The notes beneath the pieces were generated by a model, which worked only from the letters and a program-made list of their open reading frames with translations, was not told the origin of the DNA and did no database searches. The position numbers and the translations under genes were made by a program. Source: Bdellovibrionota bacterium (GTDB lineage Bacteria; Bdellovibrionota_C; UBA2361; OMII01). Taken from it: DNA of 44,465 nucleotides. Below are positions 8,243-17,048 of this stretch, in pieces. How positions within the stretch are numbered: position 1 is the stretch's first letter; each line of letters begins with the position of its first letter. The DNA lies in the NCBI GenBank assembly GCA_044356215.1, contig JBIKWQ010000022.1, positions 1 to 44,465 on the forward strand, in the 5' to 3' direction.

Positions 8243-8469
8243 ATCAACAACGCTTTAATAGTAAAACTGATAGTGTAATAACCCTGCCCCACTTTAATCA
8301 GAGATTTTGGGAGGGCCGGGAGAATTGTAACCCGGCTCAAATCGTCCGTATATAGTCAATTGCTCCCTACTAGGAAAGTATTTCCCTGTTTCACCGATTC
8401 CCCCCTTTTATAAATCAAGATACCAAGCAATGATTGGTGTAAGTCAACGTCGGTAGTATGTTAATAGTC

Positions 8470-9045
8470 ATGGAATCAATCATATCCCAAATCCTTCAGG
8501 ACTCATCGAACGTAAAGGCAGCGCTAGCGAATGACCCCGCTTTTGTTAAGGCCATACGTCAAAGCGCTCAGCTCATTTTTAACTGCATCCAGGAAGGCGG
8601 TACCGTTTATGCCTGCGGAAACGGAGGATCTACTTGCGACGCTATGCATTTCGTTGAGGAGATGGTTGGCCGATATAAGAGAAAGCGCCGAGGCCTGCGG
8701 GCTCAGCACCTGATGGACCCGTCGGTTATGACCTGTTGGTCAAACGATGAGGCTTTTGATGATGTCTATCGACGACATGTAGAGGTGTTCTGCTCTAGTA
8801 AGGATGTACTAATTGGTATATCGACATCTGGAAACTCAAAGAACATCTTAAGTGCTGTAGAAGAGGCCAAAAAGCTGGGGACTAAGGTGATCGGATTGGC
8901 TGGAAAGGATGGCGGAAATTTGGCCAAGATAAGCGATATCGCTCTAGTGGTGCCATCTAATCTTACCGAGAGGATTCAGGAAGTTCACATTACAGTGATT
9001 CATATCTGGCTCGAGCTCCTCGAGACTGAGTTTGGGATAAAATAA
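8470..9045 (+). CDS. gmhA: Phosphoheptose isomerase
   Basis: CGNGGS..DA.H, ND, ISTSGNS, RIQEVH. Confidence 0.92.
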   Translation: MESIISQILQDSSNVKAALANDPAFVKAIRQSAQLIFNCIQEGGTVYACGNGGSTCDAMHFVEEMVGRYKRKRRGLRAQHLMDPSVMTCWSNDEAFDDVYRRHVEVFCSSKDVLIGISTSGNSKNILSAVEEAKKLGTKVIGLAGKDGGNLAKISDIALVVPSNLTERIQEVHITVIHIWLELLETEFGIK

Positions 9046-9062
9046 CCGAACCAATTAGACCG

Positions 9063-10109
9063 TTACCCAGCGGCGCCTATCAGCTGGGCTGCAGCCTTCT
9101 CTCCCGTACCAAAAGCAGCTTGAATAGCCTTTGCCCGTCTTAGAAAAAGGTGCAGGTCGTACTCCCAAGTGAATCCGATACCTCCGTGACACTGGAGGGC
9201 CACTTCGCAAACGTACGGTCCGATCTCAGAAGCTTTGAAGATTGAAGAGCACGCTGTTAACTCTCGCTGCTCCTCAGAATTGAAAAAACTCCACGCGGCG
9301 AATCTACAAAGACTGTTCAGAGATTCGCTTTCAGCATAAATTTGGGCCAGCTTTTGCTGTATTGCTTGAAAAGACCCGATCGGCGCCCCAAACTGATTCC
9401 GGGTCTTAACGTAATCAACGGTCATCTCGATAACACGTTGGCAGATCCCACTCACTTCAGATGCCTTTATCACAGAGATAAGTAGCTCCAAATCGCGAGT
9501 TCCCGTCTCGGTCAGGATCTCGGCCAGCGCCGACTTTAGCTCTATTGAATTCAGACTTGCGGTAAGGTCTAGTGAAGGTACTTGGTTTCTTATGAAGCAA
9601 GACTGGTCATTTAAAGGAGCTATAATAGCCCTTATGCCGGTGCCAGTATCAGCAAACGCGACCAAGACGTCAGCCATATCGTGGCCCACAGACCAATTAA
9701 CCAGTCCTGACACAGCCGTTCCGTTAGCATCAAATCTAATTGAGCAACATTCGTTAAATGCCAATGCGGCGCTGGTCTTTCCCGTCAGATGTCTGTTAAA
9801 GACGTCTCGGTCTGAATTAACCAGCACTCGTTCCAACATGCGTTCGCAAATGATTCGCTCTACCAGAGGCTCAGGCATAAGCGATCGGCCACATTCCTCG
9901 GCCAATAGCGCCAATTCAACCACTCCATAGACTTGCGAGGAGCCGGCGAAGCTATCAAATATTCCAAGCTCTTCTAGCGCCTGATTGAGCGCAGGATCAC
10001 ATCTGACCCCAGAATCAATCCGTCTTCTTAGGTAATCTGAGGGAAGCTTATCCGCCAGGAATCTTCTAATTAGGTCTTGGAACTCAATCTGATCGGCGGT
10101 TAACTTCAT
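9063..10109 (-). CDS. Acyl-CoA dehydrogenase family protein (short form)
   Basis: L..DQ.EF N-terminus, YVKTRNQFGAPIGSFQAIQ, Q.HGGIGFTWEYD. Confidence 0.88.
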   Translation of the reverse strand: MKLTADQIEFQDLIRRFLADKLPSDYLRRRIDSGVRCDPALNQALEELGIFDSFAGSSQVYGVVELALLAEECGRSLMPEPLVERIICERMLERVLVNSDRDVFNRHLTGKTSAALAFNECCSIRFDANGTAVSGLVNWSVGHDMADVLVAFADTGTGIRAIIAPLNDQSCFIRNQVPSLDLTASLNSIELKSALAEILTETGTRDLELLISVIKASEVSGICQRVIEMTVDYVKTRNQFGAPIGSFQAIQQKLAQIYAESESLNSLCRFAAWSFFNSEEQRELTACSSIFKASEIGPYVCEVALQCHGGIGFTWEYDLHLFLRRAKAIQAAFGTGEKAAAQLIGAAG

Positions 10110-10124
10110 CGTCTAAAAAGCCTC

Positions 10125-10430
10125 CTACATCATCCCTAGTAGCCCCTTAACCTCGTCAGATGGTTCCCAAGGTGGATTGAAAGTGATCATGACACTTACC
10201 TCTTTTACTCCTGGGACCGCCCCTACTTTAGTTTGAACCTCATGCTTTAGCTGCGGTCCAGCGGGACACATCGGAGAGGTGAATGTCATATCGATTACGA
10301 CGTGGTCACCATCGATTCCGATGTTGTAAATTAGTCCCAAGAACCATATATCGAGATGGAGCTCGGGATCCTCAACGTTCTTTAACGCCTCTACTATGGC
10401 GTCTCGGTTAATTTGTGTGGTGTCTTCCAT
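10125..10430 (-). CDS. DUF59/SufT-like Fe-S assembly protein
   Basis: V.DPEL..DI..LGLIY, TFTSPMCP, F.PPW. Confidence 0.9.
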   Translation of the reverse strand: MEDTTQINRDAIVEALKNVEDPELHLDIWFLGLIYNIGIDGDHVVIDMTFTSPMCPAGPQLKHEVQTKVGAVPGVKEVSVMITFNPPWEPSDEVKGLLGMM

Positions 10431-10468
10431 AGCAAGCAACTTAACAGCCTCTGTGTCATCAGAACAGC

Positions 10469-10501
10469 AAAAAAAAGGCGCGGGATTGACCCGCGCCTTT
10501 T
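10469..10501 (-). terminator. Intrinsic terminator after HU (bidirectional form)
   Basis: A8-GGCGCGGG-ATTGA-CCCGCGCC-TTTT. Confidence 0.88.
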
Positions 10502-10532
10502 ACGATGTAGCTAGTACACCGTCAGAGGGATA

Positions 10533-10967
10533 TTACAACACCCTCTCCTTAAGAGCCTTAGCGGCTGTGAACTTAACACGCTTCCTCTTAGGGATATTGA
10601 TAACCTCGCCTGTAGCGGGATTACGGCCCTGACGAGCCTTGGTCTCGCGAACATAGAGCTTTCCAAGGCCCATGAGAGGAACCTTGTACCCCTTGCGGAG
10701 AGAATCCATTACGAAAGCAGCGATATCCTCAACGATCTGCTTAGCTTCAGAACGCTTGTTAAGGCCGCAGAAAGCACGGATGTTCTCTACGAACTCAGAC
10801 TGAGTGTAGCTGAGAGTTGAAGTGTTGCGAGGCTTGCTCGAAACACGTGCCTTTGAAGCCGGAGCTGCTGTAACCTTACCAGCCGACTTAGCTGGAGCCT
10901 TCTTTGCTGGCTTTGCAACCTTCTTGGCGATCTTCATCTTCTTTAACTTCGCTGGCTTCTTTGCCAT
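10533..10967 (-). CDS. hup: HU family DNA-binding protein with Lys/Ala/Pro-rich N-terminal tail
   Basis: GLGKL..RETKARQGRNPATGE.INIP..KRVKF...KALKE; AGGAG SD. Confidence 0.92.
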   Translation of the reverse strand: MAKKPAKLKKMKIAKKVAKPAKKAPAKSAGKVTAAPASKARVSSKPRNTSTLSYTQSEFVENIRAFCGLNKRSEAKQIVEDIAAFVMDSLRKGYKVPLMGLGKLYVRETKARQGRNPATGEVINIPKRKRVKFTAAKALKERVL

Positions 10968-11274
10968 ACGTTTGTCTCCTAAACAAATTGGTATTTACTA
11001 CCTATTTCGTGGTTTTTTTTGTTTTACCGTGGTGAATTTTAAGTTTAGCTTGCGCTTTACCGAGTCACTCACGACTTCCCCATTCTTATCGATTCTGCCC
11101 TATTTCCAAGCTATTTTTAATTTCACTCGAAAACCATGAGCTCGATCAATTCCGAACTGAGGTGATAATAATTACACTTTTGGTAATTCAGCAATAATAA
11201 ATCTTCGCGTTTTCTCTCGAAAAAGCGCGATTCCAGAGCTGAATCATACCGTGAGCGGGTCTTGAGCGAACGTG

Positions 11275-11976
11275 TTAGGCGCTAACGGAGGATTTAAACG
11301 GTGAGAGACCGGTGCTTGATCCGATAAATCCAGTCAGCATTTCGACCGCTCTTTCCGGGTGCGGCATCAATCCGACGACGTTCCCGGTCGCGTTAGTTAT
11401 GCCAGCGATGCTGTTAATTGAGCCGTTAACATTTACATCCCTATCGTTGTCTAGTCGCTCTCCGGAGCTTGAGCAGTACCTGAAAATGACCTGATTATTG
11501 GCCTCTAACTCACTGATAGTGTTGGAATCGGCGAAATAGTTGCCTTGAAAATGTGCTATTGGACACGTTAATAGGTCGCCCTTGGACATGCCGGCCGTAA
11601 AGAACGACTTCGTTGATTCAACTGTCAGATGCACAAAACGCGAAAGAAATCGCCGTCCAACATTCTCTAATAAAACCCCGGGCAGAAGACCGGATTCGCA
11701 CAGGATCTGAAATCCGTTGCATATCCCGATAACCTTTCCCCCCTCGGCGGCAAAGTTCTTTATCCCATCCATAACTGGCGATAGCCGAGCCAAAGCTCCT
11801 GTCCTCAAGTAGTCTCCATAGGAGAAGCCTCCCGGCAAGACTACTAAGTCGACATCGCTAATCTTGGTGTCCCTGTGCCAGATTCGCCGTGTTTCAGCCT
11901 TGAGAAGGCGGCCATAAACGTTCTCGATATCTTGGTCGCAATTAGTGCCTGGAAATACAACTACCCCTATCCTCAC
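11275..11976 (-). CDS. purQ: FGAM synthase glutaminase subunit
   Basis: FPGTNCD, PGGFSYGDYLR, GICNGFQIL, MPHPER. Confidence 0.97.
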   Translation of the reverse strand: MRIGVVVFPGTNCDQDIENVYGRLLKAETRRIWHRDTKISDVDLVVLPGGFSYGDYLRTGALARLSPVMDGIKNFAAEGGKVIGICNGFQILCESGLLPGVLLENVGRRFLSRFVHLTVESTKSFFTAGMSKGDLLTCPIAHFQGNYFADSNTISELEANNQVIFRYCSSSGERLDNDRDVNVNGSINSIAGITNATGNVVGLMPHPERAVEMLTGFIGSSTGLSPFKSSVSA

Positions 11977-12221
11977 GCGACCTCCTTGACCTCATAACGT
12001 TCGATTACCGGGTTAGCCAGTAATAGCTTGCACACATCTTCCACCTGACTCCTGGCCTCGTCTTTCGGCAGGCCGTCTACTTCAAGCTCTATTACCTTTC
12101 CAACACGCACATTTTTTATCGCGGCGTATTTCTTGTCTTTCAAACCGTTTTCAACAGCCTTGCCCTGTACATCCAAGACCCCTTCTTTAAGTCGTACTAG
12201 TACTTGAAAACGCAAACTCAT
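11973..12221 (-). CDS. purS: FGAM synthase PurS subunit
   Basis: LKEGVLD.QG, VRVGK, LLANPVIE. Confidence 0.96.
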   Translation of the reverse strand: MSLRFQVLVRLKEGVLDVQGKAVENGLKDKKYAAIKNVRVGKVIELEVDGLPKDEARSQVEDVCKLLLANPVIERYEVKEVA

Positions 12222-12250
12222 AACTATCTCCTAATCAGTATTCCTAAAAA

Positions 12251-13543
12251 TTAGTTTAACGCCCGAAAAACAATACGATCTACTTCCTTCAGATAACGTC
12301 GCAGATCAAAGATCGCGTCTAATTTGTCACCCGGCAGGGTCTTGGTGATTACAGCGTCCTGTTTAGCTCGATCGTAGAGCGACGCTCCACCATCAAATGC
12401 AGCCAGTGCATGCTTCTGAACCAACGCGTAAGCATCTTCGCGAGTCATGCCCCCGTCGACTAGAGCGAGAAGTAAGTGCCCCGAAAAAACGGTCCCACGT
12501 GTCATCTCTAGATTACTCATCATCCTTTCGGGCGAAACCACCAGATTCGTTACAACTCCGGTGAATCTGCGCAACATGAAATCAAGCGCTATACACCCAT
12601 CAGGAACAGCTACTCGCTCGACTGAGCTGTGACTAATGTCTCTCTCATGCCAGAGGGCCACGTTCTCAAAACACGACTGGGCGTAGCCTCTTAAAAGACG
12701 CGCCAATCCGCAGAGATTCTCGGTTAAGATCGGGTTTCTCTTGTGCGGCATGGCCGAAGAGCCTTTCTGCCCGGGAGTGAACCCCTCCATCACCTCACGG
12801 ACCTCGGTCCGCTGTAGGTGGCGTATTTCAACGGAGAATCGCTCGATCGACGAACCTATCTGGGCTAAGCAACCCATAAACTCCGCGTGTCTGTCGCGCG
12901 CTACGACCTGGGTTGCGACCGTCTCAGGCTTAAGCTCAAGACGTGACATAACTAGCTCTTCAACTAGAGGATCGATACCTCCGTACACGCCTACGGCGCC
13001 CGAAAGCTTACCAACAGAGATAGTGGCGATCGCTTGAGTTAATCGGCTATGTTGCCGCTTAAGCTCCGCGTACCATCCAGCTAGTTTAACTCCGAATGTG
13101 ACTGGTTCGGCATGGATACCGTGCGAGCGCCCAATACATGGGGTGTCCTTAAACTCAATCGCGCGGCTCTTGATCGCCTCCATCAGGATCTTAAGCTGCT
13201 TCTCGAGTAGCAGGCCTGATCTGCGCATCTGAACCGCAAGACAGGTGTCAACTACATCGCTCGATGTCATACCCTTGTGAACATAGCGAGAGAGAGGCCC
13301 AACGTACTCGGCCACATTCGTCAGAAAAGCGATCACATCGTGCTTAACCTGAAGTTCTAACTCATTGACTCGGTCCACAGAGAAAGCGGCCTTGGAGTTG
13401 TAAGCCTCTAAAGCCTCTGCCGGCGCCCCTCCTGTTTTTACCAGCCCCTCGAGGGCGTAGCGCTCAATATCTAGCCAGATCTGATAGCGACTGTGGTCCG
13501 ACCAGATATCGGCCATTTCGGGATTTGTATAACGTGAAATCAT
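12251..13543 (-). CDS. purB: Adenylosuccinate lyase
   Basis: MISRY, KHDVIAF, GRSHGIHAEP, GSSAMPHKRNP. Confidence 0.97.
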   Translation of the reverse strand: MISRYTNPEMADIWSDHSRYQIWLDIERYALEGLVKTGGAPAEALEAYNSKAAFSVDRVNELELQVKHDVIAFLTNVAEYVGPLSRYVHKGMTSSDVVDTCLAVQMRRSGLLLEKQLKILMEAIKSRAIEFKDTPCIGRSHGIHAEPVTFGVKLAGWYAELKRQHSRLTQAIATISVGKLSGAVGVYGGIDPLVEELVMSRLELKPETVATQVVARDRHAEFMGCLAQIGSSIERFSVEIRHLQRTEVREVMEGFTPGQKGSSAMPHKRNPILTENLCGLARLLRGYAQSCFENVALWHERDISHSSVERVAVPDGCIALDFMLRRFTGVVTNLVVSPERMMSNLEMTRGTVFSGHLLLALVDGGMTREDAYALVQKHALAAFDGGASLYDRAKQDAVITKTLPGDKLDAIFDLRRYLKEVDRIVFRALN

Positions 13544-14346
13544 GCGCTCATTAGTACCCTGGGAGCGCTAGAAACATCAAGCTCAAGACACGGTAAAGTG
13601 CTATAAATATTGCCACAAAGAAGAGTCTGGAGCCCACAAGCACGGTCTTGGCACTGACTTATGAACCGTTTGGCGGTGTCTAGCGCCAGAGTCGGGGTGT
13701 TGCTGTTCTCGCTAAGGTGTCCCAGCACTATGTGAAACAGCTCAGGATGCATAATCTCCTCAATAAGCTCACCTGCGGACTCATTTGACAGGTGTCCGTG
13801 AGTTGAAGCGATACGCTGCTTCAGCTCCCAAGTGTAGTCACACGATTGAAGCATCTCTAGGTCGTGATTAGATTCTAAAACGACCGCGTTGGCGTCTTTT
13901 AAGTGCTCTCGTACAAGCGTTGTTACCCTTCCCAAATCGGTGCAGATGACTAATTTGAGGCCCCCAGCATACATCGCGAATCCGACGGGATCAGCGGCGT
14001 CGTGAACTACACTAAATGGCTCGATTCGCGTATCGCGGATGTAAAAATCTTCGCCTGTCTTGAAAAACTCCTTGGCTCTAGGCTTGGAGATCGACTCCAT
14101 AGTGGCTCGATTGGCGTAGACCGGTAAGTTGTAGCGCCTACTAAGGGTGCCTACCCCGTTGATGTGGTCTGAGTGCTCGTGAGTAACGATAATCGCCGAC
14201 AATGTGCTCGGGCAGACCCCTATCTCAGCCAACCTCTGCGTGGCTTGTTTGCCTGACAAACCGCAGTCGACTAGGAAGCGCGCCCCACCCGCTTCTACAA
14301 AGACGCTGTTAGCCTTACTACCTGACGAAAGAACAGAAAACCGCAT
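13540..14346 (-). CDS. MBL-fold metallohydrolase (YycJ/WalJ-like)
   Basis: SSGSKAN, THEHSDH, HDAADP, LESNHD, HGHLSN, HLSENSN. Confidence 0.9.
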   Translation of the reverse strand: MRFSVLSSGSKANSVFVEAGGARFLVDCGLSGKQATQRLAEIGVCPSTLSAIIVTHEHSDHINGVGTLSRRYNLPVYANRATMESISKPRAKEFFKTGEDFYIRDTRIEPFSVVHDAADPVGFAMYAGGLKLVICTDLGRVTTLVREHLKDANAVVLESNHDLEMLQSCDYTWELKQRIASTHGHLSNESAGELIEEIMHPELFHIVLGHLSENSNTPTLALDTAKRFISQCQDRACGLQTLLCGNIYSTLPCLELDVSSAPRVLMSA

Positions 14347-14394
14347 AACGAGATAGAAACATTTACCAGTGTCGGCGGCAATAGGTTAAGCCGG

Positions 14395-16161
14395 TCAACT
14401 GCACTGATAATTACTGACTGGTATCTTCTTGATAGCCTTTAAAGCTCGGGTATAGAGCCGTTTCGCCGACTTGGCCGCTACATTTCCAGGGGACTTAGCT
14501 CCTCCCTTAACGGCTAGTGCCGTCGCCGCGAGAGCGCTTTTCTGAAGTCTGTTTAGAGAGGATGTTAGGCGTTTAATACTTGATGACATCTTGATAACGG
14601 AGCAGAGATCTTTTACTGGACACTTAAGGAAGATCTCAGGCAGTTGATCTGATATGACCGTCAGCGCGTCCAGGGAAGCTTGAATTCTCTTCGAGGAAGA
14701 AGGCACCTGTTTAGCAATCCTGGCATTTGTAACCCTCTCAAGAGCCCCAATCGATAGCGATCGGATCGAGGTAGCTTGAGAGTGAATTAGCTGCAGGTTG
14801 GTGGCATGATCCAAACTTGCGCAGACACTTCTAATAAAAGTTACGCTAGTCCCGGTAATCACCTTCTCTATTCCGGGAAGCGCTTCAGCCGCTGAGAAGT
14901 TATACCCAGTTCGACTTGTCGAGAGAGCGTAACGTTTATCAGTCTTTACCCCAGGGAAGGAGAAAGCACCATTGGTGGTGGTTAAGGCGCTCCCTCGAAC
15001 CGTTCCATCGGCAGTATCCCTCACATATACGATAGCATTGGCTATCCCGGCTCCTTGGGAGTCTAAGACCCGCCCAATTAAGGTTGTCCCTGAGGGTAAC
15101 TCAGGTAGTACAGAGACGGTGAATTCAGCAGTTGTCGAGGCTCCTTTGGTATCGGTAGCTTTAACTTTAATGATCACATCTCCAACATCTCCCTCAGCAG
15201 GAGTTCCACTAAAAATACCGGTACTCGGATTAAAAGCGAGCCATTTCGGCAATTCCCCACCATTCGCTAACAAAGCGGAGATAGTCAAGGAGTCTCCAAC
15301 GTCAGCATCAACAAAGGTGTTACTTGCAAGCTGAAAATTTAGCGTATCCTTTACTCGCAATTTCTGATTGGCGATCGAATTAAGAAGCTGAGGATTGGAA
15401 TTAGAGTAAAATGTACCAGCGCCCACTATTACAACTGAGTCAACTCGGTTGTCTCCGGCGTCGGCGATAGCGAACGCGATCCTATTTACCTGGTTCGGGG
15501 TAACACTGGCGTCAGCCTGTAGGATGATACTCGATCCGCGCGGAGGGGTCGCGTAGTAGTTGTTCAATCCCAGGCCGCTTCCGCTTTCAAAATAAGGGCC
15601 AGTAGAAGATATGTTTGTTACTGTAACCGGATCTCCGTTAGGGAGGAGTGCGACATTAGCCGCGGTACTATTCCCGTTAACAAAGATTCCGAACGCGTCG
15701 CTGTAAGCGCCGCCGAATTCCTCGATGGAGAGAAAACGAAACCGGAATGAGATCCGGTCACCCGTTGGAATAAAAGAGAATGCCAGCACCGTCGCATCGT
15801 AAGTTGTGCCGGAAAAATATGTAGAGCTACCAGGTTGAGCGTTTTGAGTGCTAGGGTACGACACTCCGATAAGGTTTGTGGCTAATCCCGTTGAAAGTAT
15901 GATTCCAGATGAGAATCCGAGCGCGGCGCTTCCGCCGCTAAAAGTTCCTGCGGCGACGTTAGATCCGGTAAATTCAGTATCCACTATCGTAACACTGGAG
16001 CTTGCGGAGGTTAATTGATTAACCATGTCAGAAACGGTTACGGTCCCACCAGACAGCGGAGACACCGATATTTCGGCGCTAACGGGGATCGCTGTGCAAA
16101 TAAATAAAGATAAAAATATAAGTGTTTTAGCTATCTTCAACTTAAGCCCAACTAAATTCAC
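14395..16161 (-). CDS. Secreted surface protein: choice-of-anchor-L-like domain, Ig/cadherin-like domain, carboxypeptidase-regulatory-like domain, basic helical C-terminus
   Basis: Signal peptide; GIILSTG, DAFGIFVNG, IADAGD..DS; TF.D.D.GD.L..LP.WL.F....FSGTP; GRVLD..G.GI.NA.V. Confidence 0.78.
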   Translation of the reverse strand: MNLVGLKLKIAKTLIFLSLFICTAIPVSAEISVSPLSGGTVTVSDMVNQLTSASSSVTIVDTEFTGSNVAAGTFSGGSAALGFSSGIILSTGLATNLIGVSYPSTQNAQPGSSTYFSGTTYDATVLAFSFIPTGDRISFRFRFLSIEEFGGAYSDAFGIFVNGNSTAANVALLPNGDPVTVTNISSTGPYFESGSGLGLNNYYATPPRGSSIILQADASVTPNQVNRIAFAIADAGDNRVDSVVIVGAGTFYSNSNPQLLNSIANQKLRVKDTLNFQLASNTFVDADVGDSLTISALLANGGELPKWLAFNPSTGIFSGTPAEGDVGDVIIKVKATDTKGASTTAEFTVSVLPELPSGTTLIGRVLDSQGAGIANAIVYVRDTADGTVRGSALTTTNGAFSFPGVKTDKRYALSTSRTGYNFSAAEALPGIEKVITGTSVTFIRSVCASLDHATNLQLIHSQATSIRSLSIGALERVTNARIAKQVPSSSKRIQASLDALTVISDQLPEIFLKCPVKDLCSVIKMSSSIKRLTSSLNRLQKSALAATALAVKGGAKSPGNVAAKSAKRLYTRALKAIKKIPVSNYQCS

Positions 16162-16249
16162 TCCGGCTCAGAGGTAAGATGCTTAAGAATCGGTAGCCGA
16201 TTCCAATATGCGACTAGCGATGAGTTTTGCCTGGATACAGAGGGCCGAA

Positions 16250-17041
16250 TTAATTAACGATCCGCAGCTCGCCCTGACCGCTACTCTTGGCCTTTAGCCT
16301 CTCTTTCAAGTCATTAGCAACCTTCATAAACACCTGAGCGCTTGGGCTATCACCACTGGCTACAGGAGTCCCGGCGTCTCCACCCTCGCGGATAGCTAAA
16401 TCAATCGGGAGGGCGGCCAATAAAGGCACGCCGAACTCTTTGGCTGTCTTCTCTCCGCCTCCGACTCCGAAGATAGGCATTACAGATCCGTCAGGCATAG
16501 GGAGCCCCGACATATTCTCGATTATACCGAGCACGTCAACGTTTACCTTCTTTAGCATGTTAATCGACTTTCTAACGTCAGCCAGAGCAACCTCTTGAGG
16601 TGTGGTAACTACAACAGCACCCGCTAGCTTCACTAGCTGTGTTAAGGATAGCTGAGCGTCTCCAGTTCCCGGAGGCATATCGACTATCATGTAATCAAGC
16701 GCCCCCCAACTTACATCCGCGAACATCTGATTGAGCGCCTTGTTAAACATCGGCCCACGCCAGATAACAGCGTCGTCTGGATGTCTTAAGAAAAATCCAA
16801 GCGAGATATACTTAATTCCGTACTTGGCTGGAGGAATGAGTCTCTCTTCGTGATCTGGCACTACGTTGCCTCCCCCCATTAACGTTGGGATACTTGGCCC
16901 GTAGAAATCGCTATCGATTAGTCCTACCTTCGCGCCAGTCTTGGCTAACGAGATCGCTAGGTTTACAGCAACGGTGGACTTGCCTACTCCACCCTTACCT
17001 GAGATTACCGCGATTACTTTTCCGAAATTGTTATTATCCAT
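16250..17041 (-). CDS. mrp: Mrp/NBP35 (ApbC) family P-loop ATPase
   Basis: SGKGGVGKST, D.D.YGPS, VIWRGPM, DMPPGTGD, VTTPQ, ENMS. Confidence 0.93.
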   Translation of the reverse strand: MDNNNFGKVIAVISGKGGVGKSTVAVNLAISLAKTGAKVGLIDSDFYGPSIPTLMGGGNVVPDHEERLIPPAKYGIKYISLGFFLRHPDDAVIWRGPMFNKALNQMFADVSWGALDYMIVDMPPGTGDAQLSLTQLVKLAGAVVVTTPQEVALADVRKSINMLKKVNVDVLGIIENMSGLPMPDGSVMPIFGVGGGEKTAKEFGVPLLAALPIDLAIREGGDAGTPVASGDSPSAQVFMKVANDLKERLKAKSSGQGELRIVN

Positions 17042-17048
17042 ATCTTCC

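Noticed and set aside
8320..8343. GC hairpin between sppA and gmhA
   Set aside because: Single 6-8 bp stem with no U-tract or family resemblance; insufficient for an ncRNA call.
10998..11072. 24-codon basic uORF upstream of hup (MSDSVKRKLNLK...)
   Set aside because: Very short, A-rich leader sequence easily yields Lys codons; no independent support.
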